A stretch of DNA of 24,000 nucleotides, from positions 1,977,213 to 2,001,212 of the forward strand of contig NZ_SIZZ01000001.1 in NCBI RefSeq assembly GCF_004322705.1, in the 5' to 3' direction. How positions within the stretch are numbered: position 1 is the first letter of the stretch; each line of letters starts with the position of its first letter. The DNA is from Dyella terrae (GTDB lineage Bacteria; Pseudomonadota; Gammaproteobacteria; Xanthomonadales; Rhodanobacteraceae). The position numbers and the translations under genes are program-made. Of this stretch, positions 1 through 9,900 are shown piece after piece. Below the pieces are notes generated by a model. That model did no database searches. It worked only from the letters and a program-made list of their open reading frames with translations, and was not told where the DNA came from.

Positions 1-1
1 G

Positions 2-97
2 GATCCCAAAGGCGTCGACCGCGTGCAATGGCACGACCAGATCAACGAAGACGCGTTCAACTTCTTCCGCAAAACGCTCAAGGTGGAAGCGCACTGA
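2..97 (+). CDS. 3' end of a CDS entering from the window edge; the product cannot be identified from 31 codons
   Basis: The frame is open from the edge (DPKGVDRVQWHDQINEDAFNFFRKTLKVEAH) and stops at TGA 95-97. That is 1 nt before the ATG of the next gene, a spacing typical of co-transcription. Confidence 0.35.
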   Translation, partial: DPKGVDRVQWHDQINEDAFNFFRKTLKVEAH

Positions 98-98
98 C

Positions 99-698
99 AT
101 GCCCCGCGCGCTCAGCGAACTGGAAACCGAAGCCTTCCGCGAACGCATGTGCGAAGCGGCGGCGCGGATCTATGTGGAGGAAGGCCCGGCTGCGGTAACG
201 ATGCGCCGGCTGGCGGGCGAGCTGGGTGTCGGCACCATGACGCCCTACCGCTACTTCGACAACAAGGAAGACATCATCACGGCCGTGCGAACTCGCGGCC
301 TGAATCGTTGCTCCGAAGCCCTGGAGCGCGCGCTCGATTCGCCGGGCGATGGCCGCACGCGAAGCCGCGCCGTGCGCGACGCTTACATCCAGTTCGCACG
401 CCATAACGTGGCAACGTACCGCCTGATGTTCGAGTTTCCGCAGACGCGACGCGACGACCCCGCCTATCGCGTAGCGTTCGAGCGCATGTGGGCGACGATT
501 GCCGCGCACGTCGAAGTAATGATCGCCGAAGGTGTGCTGGAAGCCGACGCACCCATCCTCGGCCATCAGATCTGGGCGGCCTTGCATGGTGCGGTCATGC
601 TCGAAATCGCCGGCATGCTTCCCGAAGGCTACGACGCCGCATCGCTGCACACGCGCACGGCCGGAACGCTTTTCGACGCAGCCAAGCCCAGGACCTGA
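99..698 (+). CDS. TetR/AcrR-family transcriptional regulator
   Basis: ATG start, 199 aa. The N-terminal helix-turn-helix VTMRRLAGELGVGTMTPYRYFDNKEDII is a classic TetR_N signature, followed by an all-helical ligand domain. Confidence 0.9.
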   Translation: MPRALSELETEAFRERMCEAAARIYVEEGPAAVTMRRLAGELGVGTMTPYRYFDNKEDIITAVRTRGLNRCSEALERALDSPGDGRTRSRAVRDAYIQFARHNVATYRLMFEFPQTRRDDPAYRVAFERMWATIAAHVEVMIAEGVLEADAPILGHQIWAALHGAVMLEIAGMLPEGYDAASLHTRTAGTLFDAAKPRT

Positions 699-703
699 AA
701 CCG

Positions 704-1564
704 CTACCTCCTGCTCCGGCGTATCCCCGACACCAGCACGTAGCTGATGATCATCAGCAACAACCACGCGCCCAGCTTGCTCAGGGGCACCACCGACCAT
801 CCGTGACGCTGCGCCGGATAACGCCAGGCGGCGGCAAACGTCCCGACGTTCTCGGCCAGCCAGATGAAAAGCGCCACCAGGACAAAGCCCAGCAGCAACG
901 GCATGCGTCGGTGCACGTGTCGAATGCGGTAGTACACCCAGGTCCGCCCGAACAGAACCGCCAGCGCCACAAACAGCAGCCCGCGCATGTCCGGCAAGAA
1001 ATGATGGGTGAAGAAGTTCACATAGATCGCGACGGCCAACCACGCGGTCGCCGCGAACGGCGGATGGTGCGTGAAGCGGAAATCGAACAGTCGCCAGGCC
1101 CGTGCGATATAGCTGCCCACCGCGCCGTACATGAACCCGGTGAAAAGCGGCACGCCACCGATGCGCAACACCGAGGCCTCCGGATACACCCAGGACCCCA
1201 TCGCCGTCTTGAAGATCTCCATGATCGTGCCGACGACGTGGAAGCAGAAAATGACCCTGGCCTCTTCGACCGTCTCCAAACCCAGTGCGATCAGGCCCAC
1301 TTGCAGCCCGAGGGCGGCAAGCACCAGGAAGTCGTAGCGCGCCAGCCAGGCGTCATCCGGGTACCAGACCCAGGTCGCCAGCAACAGGAAAAGCAGGCAG
1401 CCACCGAACAGGCAGGCCCGTGCCTGGCGGATGCCGAAACAGACGAACTCGTGCAGGAAGACCGCCCAGCGGCCTTGCCCTGCGGCCCATCCGGCCACAC
1501 GTTCGTCCAGGGCCACCACCGGCGCCAGCCAGCGCGACGTGCTCACCCATAACGCTCCCGCCAT
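704..1564 (-). CDS. Polytopic inner-membrane protein, DUF817-like
   Basis: The ORF track gives 704..1729. The first 55 codons are Arg/Gly/His-rich junk, so I start at the internal ATG at 1564 (MAGALWVSTSRW...). The 286-aa product is very hydrophobic with multiple TM segments (FGGCLLFLLLATWVW, FLVLAALGLQVGLIAL, LLLGFVLVALFIWLAENVG). The DUF817 name is recalled from family resemblance and has not been searched. Confidence 0.65.
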   Translation of the reverse strand: MAGALWVSTSRWLAPVVALDERVAGWAAGQGRWAVFLHEFVCFGIRQARACLFGGCLLFLLLATWVWYPDDAWLARYDFLVLAALGLQVGLIALGLETVEEARVIFCFHVVGTIMEIFKTAMGSWVYPEASVLRIGGVPLFTGFMYGAVGSYIARAWRLFDFRFTHHPPFAATAWLAVAIYVNFFTHHFLPDMRGLLFVALAVLFGRTWVYYRIRHVHRRMPLLLGFVLVALFIWLAENVGTFAAAWRYPAQRHGWSVVPLSKLGAWLLLMIISYVLVSGIRRSRR

Positions 1565-1701
1565 CGTTCCCGCTCCCCGCCATCGAAGGTCCGCAGCGTG
1601 CGACCCGGGCCGGGCAAGGCCATGCCCTGTTGAGGCTGATTGCGGGCGGAACGGCCGCCAATTCGGGGCATGGACGTCACCGGAGCGACCCCACAAACGG
1701 C

Positions 1702-1707
1702 TATAAT
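1702..1707 (+). promoter_or_regulatory. Candidate -10 box (perfect TATAAT) upstream of ettA
   Basis: GGCTATAATGCAGG lies about 73 nt upstream of the ettA ATG. A perfect TATAAT is rare in this GC-rich context, but no convincing -35 sits at 16-18 nt spacing. Confidence 0.3.
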
Positions 1708-1779
1708 GCAGGGTTTGATACCCATGCAAAGCGCCTGACCCGTCCGCGGGCCAGCCAAACGCACGCCTCCGGAGGCTCC

Positions 1780-3441
1780 ATGCAGTACATCTACACCATG
1801 AACGGGGTCAGCAAGATCGTTCCCCCGAAGCGCCATATCATCAAGGACATCTCCCTGTCCTTCTTCCCCGGCGCCAAGATCGGTCTGCTGGGCGTGAACG
1901 GCGCGGGCAAGTCCACGGTGCTGCGCATCATGGCTGGCGTCGACAAGGATTTTCAGGGTGAAGCCCGCCCGCAGCCGGGCGTCAAGATCGGTTACCTGGC
2001 GCAGGAGCCGGATCTGAACCCGGAGAAGACCGTCCGCGAAGCGGTGGAAGAAGGCGTGTCCGTCATTCTGGATGCCCAGAAGCGCCTCGAAGAGGTCTAT
2101 GCCGCCTACGGTGAAGAAGGCGCGGACTTCGACAAGCTCGCCGCCGAGCAGCAGGAGCTGGAAAACATCCTCGCCGTGAACGACGCCCACGCGCTCGAGC
2201 GCCAGCTCGAAGTGGCCGCCGACGCGCTGCGCCTGCCGCCGTGGGACGCCAAGATCGGGCCGCTGTCCGGTGGTGAGAAGCGCCGCGTGGCGCTGTGCCG
2301 CCTGCTGCTGTCCAAGCCGGACATGCTGCTGCTCGACGAACCGACCAACCATCTGGACGCCGAGTCGGTGGACTGGCTGGAGCAGTTCCTCTCGAACTAC
2401 CCGGGCACCGTCGTGGCCGTCACCCATGACCGCTACTTCCTCGACAACGCCGCCGAGTGGATCCTCGAGCTCGATCGCGGTCGCGGCATTCCGTGGAAGG
2501 GCAACTACACCGAGTGGCTGGAACAGAAGGACGCCCGCCTCAAGCAGGAAGCCTCGCAGGAAAAGTCCCGCCAAAAGGCCATCGAAAAGGAACTGGAGTG
2601 GGTGCGCTCGGCCGCCAAGGGCCGTCAGTCGAAGGGCAAGGCGCGCCTCAACCGTTTCGAGGAGCTGAACTCGGTCGAGTACCAGCGTCGCAACGAAACC
2701 AATGAAATCTTCATTCCGCCGGGCGAGCGCCTGGGCCAGGAAGTGATCGAGTTCAAGAACGTCACCAAGTCGTTCGGCGATCGCGTGCTGATCGAAGACC
2801 TGTCGTTCAAGATCCCGCCGGGCGCCATTGTCGGCGTGATCGGCCCGAACGGTGCCGGTAAATCCACGTTCATGAAGATGATCATGGGCAAGGAGCAGGC
2901 CGATTCGGGCGAAGTGAAGCTGGGCCACACGGTCAAGCTCGCCTATGTCGACCAGTCGCGTGACGCGCTCGATCCGAAGAACAACGTGTGGCAGGAAGTG
3001 TCCGGCGGTTCGGACATCCTGACCATCGGCACCTTCGAGATCCAGTCGCGCGCCTACATCGGCCGCTTCAACTTCAAGGGCACCGACCAGCAGAAGATCG
3101 TTGGCCAGCTGTCCGGTGGTGAACGCGGTCGCCTGCACATGGCCAAGACCCTGCTGCAGGGTGGCAACGTGCTGCTGCTCGACGAACCGTCAAACGACCT
3201 TGACGTCGAAACCTTGCGCGCCCTGGAAGACGCGCTGCTCGAGTTCCCGGGCTGCGCCGTGGTCATTTCGCATGATCGCTGGTTCCTGGACCGCATCGCC
3301 ACGCACATCATCGCGTTCGAAGGCGACTCGCACGTCGAATTCTTCCCCGGCAACTACAACGAGTACGAAGCCGACAAGAAGCGCCGCCTGGGCGACGAAG
3401 CGTCCAAGCCGCACCGCGTGAAGTACAAGAAGCTGGCGTAA
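1780..3441 (+). CDS. ettA: Energy-dependent translational throttle protein EttA (ABC-F ATPase)
   Basis: The true start is ATG 1780, preceded by GGAGG. The product begins [46 protein letters not shown], the characteristic EttA N-terminus. It has two ABC cassettes (Walker [10 protein letters not shown] and GPNGAGKST, signatures LSGGEKRR and LSGGERGR, Walker B LLLDEP twice). At 553 aa the length fits EttA. Confidence 0.95.
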   Translation: MQYIYTMNGVSKIVPPKRHIIKDISLSFFPGAKIGLLGVNGAGKSTVLRIMAGVDKDFQGEARPQPGVKIGYLAQEPDLNPEKTVREAVEEGVSVILDAQKRLEEVYAAYGEEGADFDKLAAEQQELENILAVNDAHALERQLEVAADALRLPPWDAKIGPLSGGEKRRVALCRLLLSKPDMLLLDEPTNHLDAESVDWLEQFLSNYPGTVVAVTHDRYFLDNAAEWILELDRGRGIPWKGNYTEWLEQKDARLKQEASQEKSRQKAIEKELEWVRSAAKGRQSKGKARLNRFEELNSVEYQRRNETNEIFIPPGERLGQEVIEFKNVTKSFGDRVLIEDLSFKIPPGAIVGVIGPNGAGKSTFMKMIMGKEQADSGEVKLGHTVKLAYVDQSRDALDPKNNVWQEVSGGSDILTIGTFEIQSRAYIGRFNFKGTDQQKIVGQLSGGERGRLHMAKTLLQGGNVLLLDEPSNDLDVETLRALEDALLEFPGCAVVISHDRWFLDRIATHIIAFEGDSHVEFFPGNYNEYEADKKRRLGDEASKPHRVKYKKLA

Positions 3442-3450
3442 GCCCGCACC

Positions 3451-3486
3451 CTCCGACTCCCTTCCCTTCGGGGAAGGGAGTCGGAG
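3451..3486 (+). terminator. Perfect 16-bp stem-loop immediately after ettA
   Basis: CTCCGACTCCCTTCCC-TTCG-GGGAAGGGAGTCGGAG starts 10 nt after the stop codon. It has a GNRA-like or UUCG-type tetraloop but no clear downstream U-tract, so it may be a terminator or an mRNA-stabilising hairpin. Confidence 0.55.
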
Positions 3487-3542
3487 CGAACGATCAAGCT
3501 GTCTTTCAAACTCGCGAGCCCGCGGCACCAAGGAGCCCACCC

Positions 3543-4355
3543 ATGCACTTCATGAACTCCCTGCAAGCCGCCTGGCAGCGCAACCATTCACTGGTGTGCG
3601 TCGGCCTCGATCCGGAGCCTGCGAAGTTTCCCGCGCATCTGAAAAACCGCGCCGACGCCGTCTTCGAATTCTGCGCCGCCATCGTCGACGCTACCGCCGA
3701 CGTCGTATGCACTTACAAGCCGCAGATCGCACACTTCGCCGCGCTGCGTGCGGAAGAGGCGCTCGAGCGCCTGGTCGCGCACATCCACGCCAGGCATCCG
3801 AGCATCCCGGTGATTCTCGACGCCAAGCGTGGCGACATCGGCAGCACGGCCCAGCATTACGTCACCGAAGCTTTCGATCGTTTCCAGGCGGATGCGGTCA
3901 CGCTCAACCCTTACCTGGGTCGCGACTCCATCCAGCCGTTCCTGGACCGGGCCGACAAGGGCGTGATCCTGCTGTGCCGCACGTCCAACCCGGGCGGCGC
4001 CGATTTCCAGGCGCTCGATTGCGGCGGTGAACCGCTCTACCTGCGCGTCGCCGAGACCGTCGCGCGCGACTGGAACACGCATGGCAACTGCGCGCTGGTG
4101 ACCGGCGCCACGTGGCCGGAAGAGCTGGGCAAGGTGCGCGCCGTCGTCGGCGACATGCCCCTGCTCGTCCCGGGCATCGGTGCCCAGGGTGGCGACGTGG
4201 AAGCGGTGCTCAAGCACGGCCGCAGCGCCGACGGCACGGGCCTGATGATCAGTTCCTCGCGCGCCATTCTTTACGCCGGCAACGGCGAGGATTTCGCCGC
4301 GCGCGCACGCGATGCGGCCATCGAACTTCGCGATACGATCAATCGCTTCCGCTAG
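3543..4355 (+). CDS. pyrF: Orotidine 5'-phosphate decarboxylase, long (type 2) form
   Basis: An AAGGAG RBS lies 7 nt before the ATG. The 270-aa product has LVCVGLDPE, the catalytic [10 protein letters not shown] motif and the VPGIGAQGG phosphate-binding loop. Confidence 0.93.
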   Translation: MHFMNSLQAAWQRNHSLVCVGLDPEPAKFPAHLKNRADAVFEFCAAIVDATADVVCTYKPQIAHFAALRAEEALERLVAHIHARHPSIPVILDAKRGDIGSTAQHYVTEAFDRFQADAVTLNPYLGRDSIQPFLDRADKGVILLCRTSNPGGADFQALDCGGEPLYLRVAETVARDWNTHGNCALVTGATWPEELGKVRAVVGDMPLLVPGIGAQGGDVEAVLKHGRSADGTGLMISSSRAILYAGNGEDFAARARDAAIELRDTINRFR

Positions 4356-4362
4356 GCGAAGA

Positions 4363-4382
4363 GGTCGCGCCATCGCGCGACC
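4363..4382. terminator. Hairpin between convergent genes pyrF and the acyltransferase
   Basis: GGTCGCGC-CATC-GCGCGACC has an 8-bp GC stem. It lies between the pyrF stop (4353-4355) and the minus-strand stop at 4388-4390. There is no U-tract on either side. Confidence 0.45.
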
Positions 4383-4387
4383 ATGCT

Positions 4388-5566
4388 TCATGCCGACGCG
4401 TTCTCCGCGAGCGAAGGCGCCGCCACCCGGTGATCGAGTCCCAAACGGACCTTGAGCCATCGCTCACTCGGCACGGACACCCAACGCTCCACCAAGGTGC
4501 CCAGCAGCCAGCAAGCCGGCAATGCCGGCACGTACCAGAGCCAGCCCCAGGCGATGTTTTCGCCATAGGCTTTGTAGATCTGCACGAGCGCGGTCACCAC
4601 GAACATGTGGGTCAGGTAGATCTCGTAGCTCAGCTGCCCCCAGCGACGCAGCCAACCCAAACCACGCATGCGCATCGATGCGCCCGCCTCGCGCCGCCAG
4701 TGCATGGCCATCAGCGTCAGTGCCGTGGAGAGCGTCAGCAGCAACATCACGCCGTCGTGAAGCAAAGGCCAAAGGAACTTGAGTCCAATGAAGCCAGTGA
4801 TGAGCCCCGCCACACCCATCCCAAGAAATGTCCACGCGACCCAGGCCTTCGGGGTCCAGCGCGCCACGACGATGGCGATCGCCACGCCCAGTGCAATAGC
4901 CGCCATGCCCGGAAGGTAAGCCTTCTCCTTCCAGACCTCATTGCCCTCGATGGACGACAGGAACCACGGCAGCGCCATCGCGAAGATCAGCAGCAGCGGC
5001 AACAACACGCGCTCCTTGCGCAACAGCAGGCAAGCGACGGGGAAGCCGACATAAAACGCCTCTTCGATGGACAGCGACCACAGCACGTCCCATCCGCCAG
5101 GCAGGTATCCCGTCAACCCCTCGTACCAATTCAAGTACAGGCCAAACGCTGACAACAGGGCACCATGCAGGCTCTGCCCCTCCCGCTGAATGACGTAGTC
5201 CTGCGCACCCAGCAGATGCAGGACGCTCAGCACAGCCAGCAGCACAAGCAGGCACGGTGCAATGCGCGCGAATCGCCGGGCATAGAACGCCCGCATGTCG
5301 ATCCGCTCCAGCGAACCCCATCGCCGCAGGCTGTTGCCGGCGATCAGGAACCCGGAAATCACGAAGAAAACAAACACGCCCTGGTAGCCATTGAAGTTCA
5401 AGGCACTGAGCAACCGCGTCGGCAACACCTCCGCCAGCATCGTTTTCTTCAGCGGAATGCGCAGCCCAATGTGATGCAGCACGACCAGGAAGATGGCAAG
5501 GCCACGCAGCAGGTCGATCCCCGGATTGCGTGACGATGAAGGTACAGGCTCAACCAGCGAAGGCAC
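4388..5566 (-). CDS. Membrane acyltransferase, family 3 (OafA/YrhL-like)
   Basis: The N-terminal motif IDLLRGLAIFLVVLHH is typical of Acyl_transf_3, and about 10 hydrophobic segments follow. The track ORF starts at a TTG (5572). I prefer GTG at 5566, which sits 6 nt after AGAGG. Either start overlaps the 3' end of the upstream gene by 17-23 nt. Confidence 0.8.
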   Translation of the reverse strand: MPSLVEPVPSSSRNPGIDLLRGLAIFLVVLHHIGLRIPLKKTMLAEVLPTRLLSALNFNGYQGVFVFFVISGFLIAGNSLRRWGSLERIDMRAFYARRFARIAPCLLVLLAVLSVLHLLGAQDYVIQREGQSLHGALLSAFGLYLNWYEGLTGYLPGGWDVLWSLSIEEAFYVGFPVACLLLRKERVLLPLLLIFAMALPWFLSSIEGNEVWKEKAYLPGMAAIALGVAIAIVVARWTPKAWVAWTFLGMGVAGLITGFIGLKFLWPLLHDGVMLLLTLSTALTLMAMHWRREAGASMRMRGLGWLRRWGQLSYEIYLTHMFVVTALVQIYKAYGENIAWGWLWYVPALPACWLLGTLVERWVSVPSERWLKVRLGLDHRVAAPSLAENASA

Positions 5567-6710
5567 GAACAACCTCTGGCGTCGGCTTGCGCAGCAGCGA
5601 TTCGTTGAAGGTCAGCATCAGGCGATTGTCACGCAGACCGCCCACCATCACGCCGGATTTCTTAAGGCGCTCCTGCAAGCCGGCCTGCCGCGCTTCGCTC
5701 ACCTGCAGAAAGTGGATGTTGGTGCCATGGGGAACACGCTGCACCGTGTAGCCATCCAGCCTGGCGAGCCCGTCGAGCAAGGCATCGCCAGCGGCCCTCA
5801 CGCGGGCGAAGCGATCCTGGAAACCATCCAGCGCATCCAGCGCGAAGGCCGCCGACATCCAGCCTTGCGCGATCGTGCCACCAAAGATGTGCCGCGTGGC
5901 GCGGGCCTTCTCGATCATTTCCTTAGAACCGGCGAGGATCGCGCCGAACGGCGCGCCCAGGTACTTGTAGAGCGATACATAAACCGTATCGAAGGGCGCA
6001 CTGTACGACTTCACGTCGAAACCAGGCGCGCCGCTATTGAGGAGCAGCCGCGCACCATCAAGGTGCATGCCGATGCCTTTGGCCTTTGCCCTTTCCGCCA
6101 CGCCTTGGATGACGTCCAGCGGCACGAACGCACCGTCGGCACGACGGACCGGGCTTTCGATCGAGATCGCCCCCACCGGCATCGGATACACCGCGTCGTC
6201 GGATACTTTCAGGGCCGCGTCGAACTCTGCCATCGTTGGCGTCGCCTTGCCAGGCGCGATGGGAAGCAGGTTGATGTCACTCAAGGTGCTCACGGCGTCG
6301 CTCTCGTCCATGTAGACATGGCTTTCCTGCTGCACGATGGCGCGGCGTTTCTCGCCGCAAAGCAGGCGAATGGCGACCTGGTTGGCCAGCGTTCCCGTCG
6401 GCATGAAGGCAGCATCCTGCTTGCCAAGCAACGCTGCAAAGCGCGCCTCCAGTTCCTCGACGGCACCATGCCGAAGGTAGGAATCGCGGAACTTGTCCTT
6501 CCGCGCGAGGATGTCGTCCAGATGCGCCACCTGGTCGCGCCCGTAATGCGGCACGTCATCGCCCATCAGGACGACGGCCTTGTTGATGCCTTGCGGATCC
6601 TGCGGGCTCTTCGGCGAACCGGAAGCCTGGGCCTGGGCCGGCAGTCCGGTCCAGAGGCTGGCGGCGGCACCGGCAGCGAGCGACGAACGAAGAAAGTCAC
6701 GACGATCCAT
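5550..6710 (-). CDS. Tat-signal-bearing PLP-dependent enzyme, threonine aldolase / beta-eliminating lyase family
   Basis: The start is ATG 6710 with GGAGGG 7 nt upstream. The product begins MDRRDFLRSSLAAGAAASLWTGLPAQAQA, a twin-arginine signal with an AQA cleavage site. The body has FMPTGTLANQVAI, GIGMHLDGARL and a candidate PLP lysine in SLYKYLGAP, all typical of the threonine aldolase fold-type I family. Confidence 0.8.
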   Translation of the reverse strand: MDRRDFLRSSLAAGAAASLWTGLPAQAQASGSPKSPQDPQGINKAVVLMGDDVPHYGRDQVAHLDDILARKDKFRDSYLRHGAVEELEARFAALLGKQDAAFMPTGTLANQVAIRLLCGEKRRAIVQQESHVYMDESDAVSTLSDINLLPIAPGKATPTMAEFDAALKVSDDAVYPMPVGAISIESPVRRADGAFVPLDVIQGVAERAKAKGIGMHLDGARLLLNSGAPGFDVKSYSAPFDTVYVSLYKYLGAPFGAILAGSKEMIEKARATRHIFGGTIAQGWMSAAFALDALDGFQDRFARVRAAGDALLDGLARLDGYTVQRVPHGTNIHFLQVSEARQAGLQERLKKSGVMVGGLRDNRLMLTFNESLLRKPTPEVVRAFAG

Positions 6711-6874
6711 GCACCGTCCCTCCACCGATGGCGAAGTCGGCACCGTAGCATTGCCGTCGCCGGGGCCAACCCGTCAGAAGTCATGCATGGCCAAGGAAGT
6801 ACTGGCCAGGCACGAGTGGCGCCCAGGGGTGCGCGGCTGGCCATGACACCTATCGCCGCGCCGGGGTAACGGCC

Positions 6875-6907
6875 AAAAAAAATGTGCCAGGGCGAACCCT
6901 GGCACAT
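6875..6907 (-). terminator. Rho-independent terminator of the protease gene
   Basis: The minus strand reads ATGTGCCAGGG-TTCG-CCCTGGCACAT followed by TTTTTTTT. It begins 23 nt after the stop codon at 6930-6932. Confidence 0.85.
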
Positions 6908-6929
6908 CGACCGCATTCCTTATGGGTTC

Positions 6930-9900
6930 TTAAGGCAGAGGTACCAGGTCAAAGTGCTGGTTCGTGCTGCCCCAGTTACCTTCGAGGCTGATCTCACCCG
7001 ACTCGTTTACCGTGACAAACGTGCCGTGCTCCCAGGCCTGAAGCTTGATACGGGTATCGGAGCCCGTCAGGTCCTCGCGTCCACGCCAGTTGAGTCGGTT
7101 GTCATCCGAACAGGCTTTCATCGACAGATCGCCAGACAGACATTGCGAATTGCCGCGATCAACCAGTGCGAACAGAGAGGTCCCCGCGTCCTCGTGCTCA
7201 CGCTTGAGGACGTTCCACACCGACGGCTCACCCGCGCAGGTTCCCAGCGTCAGGCCGTTCTCGCCGCGTGCAAGGCACTTCCCGCTCTGCACCGAACGCA
7301 ACTGGTAGGCCTGAGCCACATCCGCAAGCCCAAGCCGCTCGAACTCCTGGCCGGCACCGTTGGCCAGGCCGCCCATGGTGACCTTGCCCGAACCCAATGC
7401 CGTCACGAAGCGGCCGAGCACGCCATCCTGCAGTCGCGTGACGCGATCGCTTTGCGTCAGGTCCGCACGCCCCCGCCACTGATACGACGCTTCATCCGCG
7501 CGCGCGCACGTCTTCGCGGAGAGCTGGTGATCCACGCACTGCTGGCCGGTCGACATAAGGATGAAAGAAGCGCCCTGGGCAACGTCATCGATGATCTGCC
7601 ACTTGTTGGCGAAGCTGTCGCAGCGCCCCTGGACCATGACGCCGCCGGAAACGCCAAGGCATTTGCCCGTTTCGCGGGACCGCAACCACGATGCGACACC
7701 GGGCGTAACGGATTCAAAGACCTGTCCAGTCGCCGCATGGAGATCGGCCAGACTCAGCGTCCCGTCCATCGATGCCGAAAGGAACTTTCCTTCGCGCGCA
7801 CCCTGGAGGTAGACCTTGCCTTCCGACCCGGTCAGATCCGTACGGGTAAGCCACTGACGATCGTCGAGCTTTCCGGCGCAGGTGCCCAGTACCATGTTGT
7901 AGCGCAGGCAATCACCCGAAGCAGCCTTCAACTCGACGGTGTCGAGCACGGCGTCATGGGCGCCGACTCCCTTGACCCGCCACGATGCACGGACATCACA
8001 ACTGCCCTGCACCAGACGATTGGACTGCGTCCTGAGGCAATGCCCGGTCGAAGATGATCGGAGCCACTTCATCGGCAGCAATTCGTCGGCGGCCGGATAG
8101 CCAAATTCGGCACCGACATGGATGGCCGGCGGCAAGTCATTGGCTTCCAGCGCGCGCTCGAACACCTGCTTACCATCCACCAGCAACGCGACCTTGGATG
8201 GCTTGCGCCCGGAATCGAGGTTGACCGCCCGACTGACCAGGTCATCCTTCTTCATCACGCCGTCGTACAGGACGACGTTTTCCGAAGCACCGCCCTGGTA
8301 ATCCACTTTCAACTCATAGCGATGGAAGGGAAGCTGTGACCCGACGTCGACACGCAACATGAGATTGCCGTCGCTGTTTGCCTGCATCTCAAATGCGTCG
8401 CTACCGGCGGGCGTCATGAACAGGCCGTTGACCGGATTCTGCAACTTCAGTGCAGCATGGTCGCCCGTGATATCCGTGCGGCCGCGCCACTGCATCGTGC
8501 GATCCCCGGTATGGCAGGTGACGAATGCAAGCGCATTGTTAAGGCACTGGCCGTCCTGTCCTTTGATAGCCAGGATGGGTCCCATGCTTGCTTCGCTCGA
8601 ATCACTGATCTGAAGCTCTTCGAAATTCAGCACGGCTTCGGAAGAAAGGCAATCGCCGCGCTTGGCCTGCGATCCCTGCTGGATCAGGCAAGTTCCATCG
8701 AGCGAAAGCAGGTACTGATCGCTCGACCGGTTGTCCTGGTGCCCCGAAGCCGACCGGCTGCGCGCAGCGTGGGTCAGATCGGAGAGGTCGAAGACGTCAC
8801 CGTAGTTCGACACAATGGCCGGGTAAATCTGGTTGATGCCATCCGCGTTGTGCGAGGGGTCAGAGAACGTGGCGACAATGGTATGAATGGGCACGCCCGT
8901 TCGCGTCGGTGCCGCACCGGACTGCAAGAGCTCCATGGAAGCCGTGCGGATGTCGCCCGAATGAGCCTTCTTGCCGCCAGTTACTGAGTTGTCGTGGCTA
9001 CTCCCGCTCGAGGGACGATGGTCGTCACCCGGTCCCGCAAACGCAACGCCTGCCGGGAATGAGCCAAAGCGCTGCTGCACCTTCAGCGTCTGCTGATGCG
9101 TGTACGGCACAACGTACGTATTCCATGCCGCGGCTTTATTCGCGTTCCAGCGGCGAAGCGACTCGAACTCATCAATGAGCGGTGCCGACGCCGTGCCCGT
9201 CGCCCAGTGTGCGTCCGACAGGTAACCCAGCGGATGCCCGAAGTAGTAATTGCCCAGGTGATCGACCGGCCAGCCCTGCTTCACGGCGTCCGGGTAGACG
9301 TTGGGCACGAGCGTGTGGTCGTAGCCTCGATAGGCCCAGTCCTCGTAGCGGCCAGGCGTGTCGTGCGGCAGGCCCAGGCCATGACCCGTTTCGTGCCAGA
9401 ACCCATGGGGCCGGCTCGGATAATGACAGCTGCTTCCATTGCAGCTTGCCGCAACACCCGGCGGCAACATGTTCATCCCCGCCGGCCCGTCCAGCATCGA
9501 TCCCGTGATGGCCACGTAACGACCTTCCGCCTTGTTGGCCAGATCCGACGCCTGGCGCCAATAGGCACCCATGCCAAGCTTTGCCGGAAGCGTAACGTCG
9601 CCATGTTCGGCCCAGCTTGACCAGTTGGAGGCGTTGTAAACATGCGGCTTCGAATCAGGTCCCAGTGCAACCGCGTAAGGCCAGTACGCCTTGCCCGTGC
9701 CAAGGTGGAGCCTTTGCACCGGCAAGTACGAGAACATCTCGCGGGCCGCCAACTTTGCCAGCTCCGGATTCAGCTCCTGATCAAATTGCGCAACATCGAC
9801 ATCACACTCATTTTCGGGCTTGAATACACAACCCTTGATGTTCATCAGCACCAGGCCTTCGCTCTCCTGCTGCATAAAGACGAAATGTTCGGACGGTAGT

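Noticed and set aside
1-6. The window begins with GGATCC (a BamHI site), which might mark a cloning boundary.
   Set aside because: GGATCC occurs several more times in the window (for example near 2459 and 6594). A single hexamer at an arbitrary window edge carries no information.
1285-1779. 165-codon N-terminal extension of the ettA ORF in the track.
   Set aside because: The extension is Arg/Pro/Gly-rich, overlaps the divergent membrane-protein gene and the intergenic region. The canonical EttA N-terminus ([12 protein letters not shown]) starts at ATG 1780 behind a GGAGG.
1543-3138. 531-aa minus-strand ORF antisense to ettA, plus similar long shadows opposite real genes: 488-1552(+), 78-1043(-), 3588-4460(-), 4112-5152(+).
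   Set aside because: Their translations are Arg/Gly/Ala/His/Pro-rich with no recognisable motifs. They lie exactly opposite genes with unmistakable family signatures. This is the typical stop-codon-poor antisense frame of GC-rich DNA.
5493-8057. Plus-strand ORFs 5493-6869 (458 aa) and 6882-8057 (391 aa).
   Set aside because: They are antisense to the Tat-aldolase and protease genes, have low-complexity Arg/His/Gly-rich products and show no motifs or RBSs.
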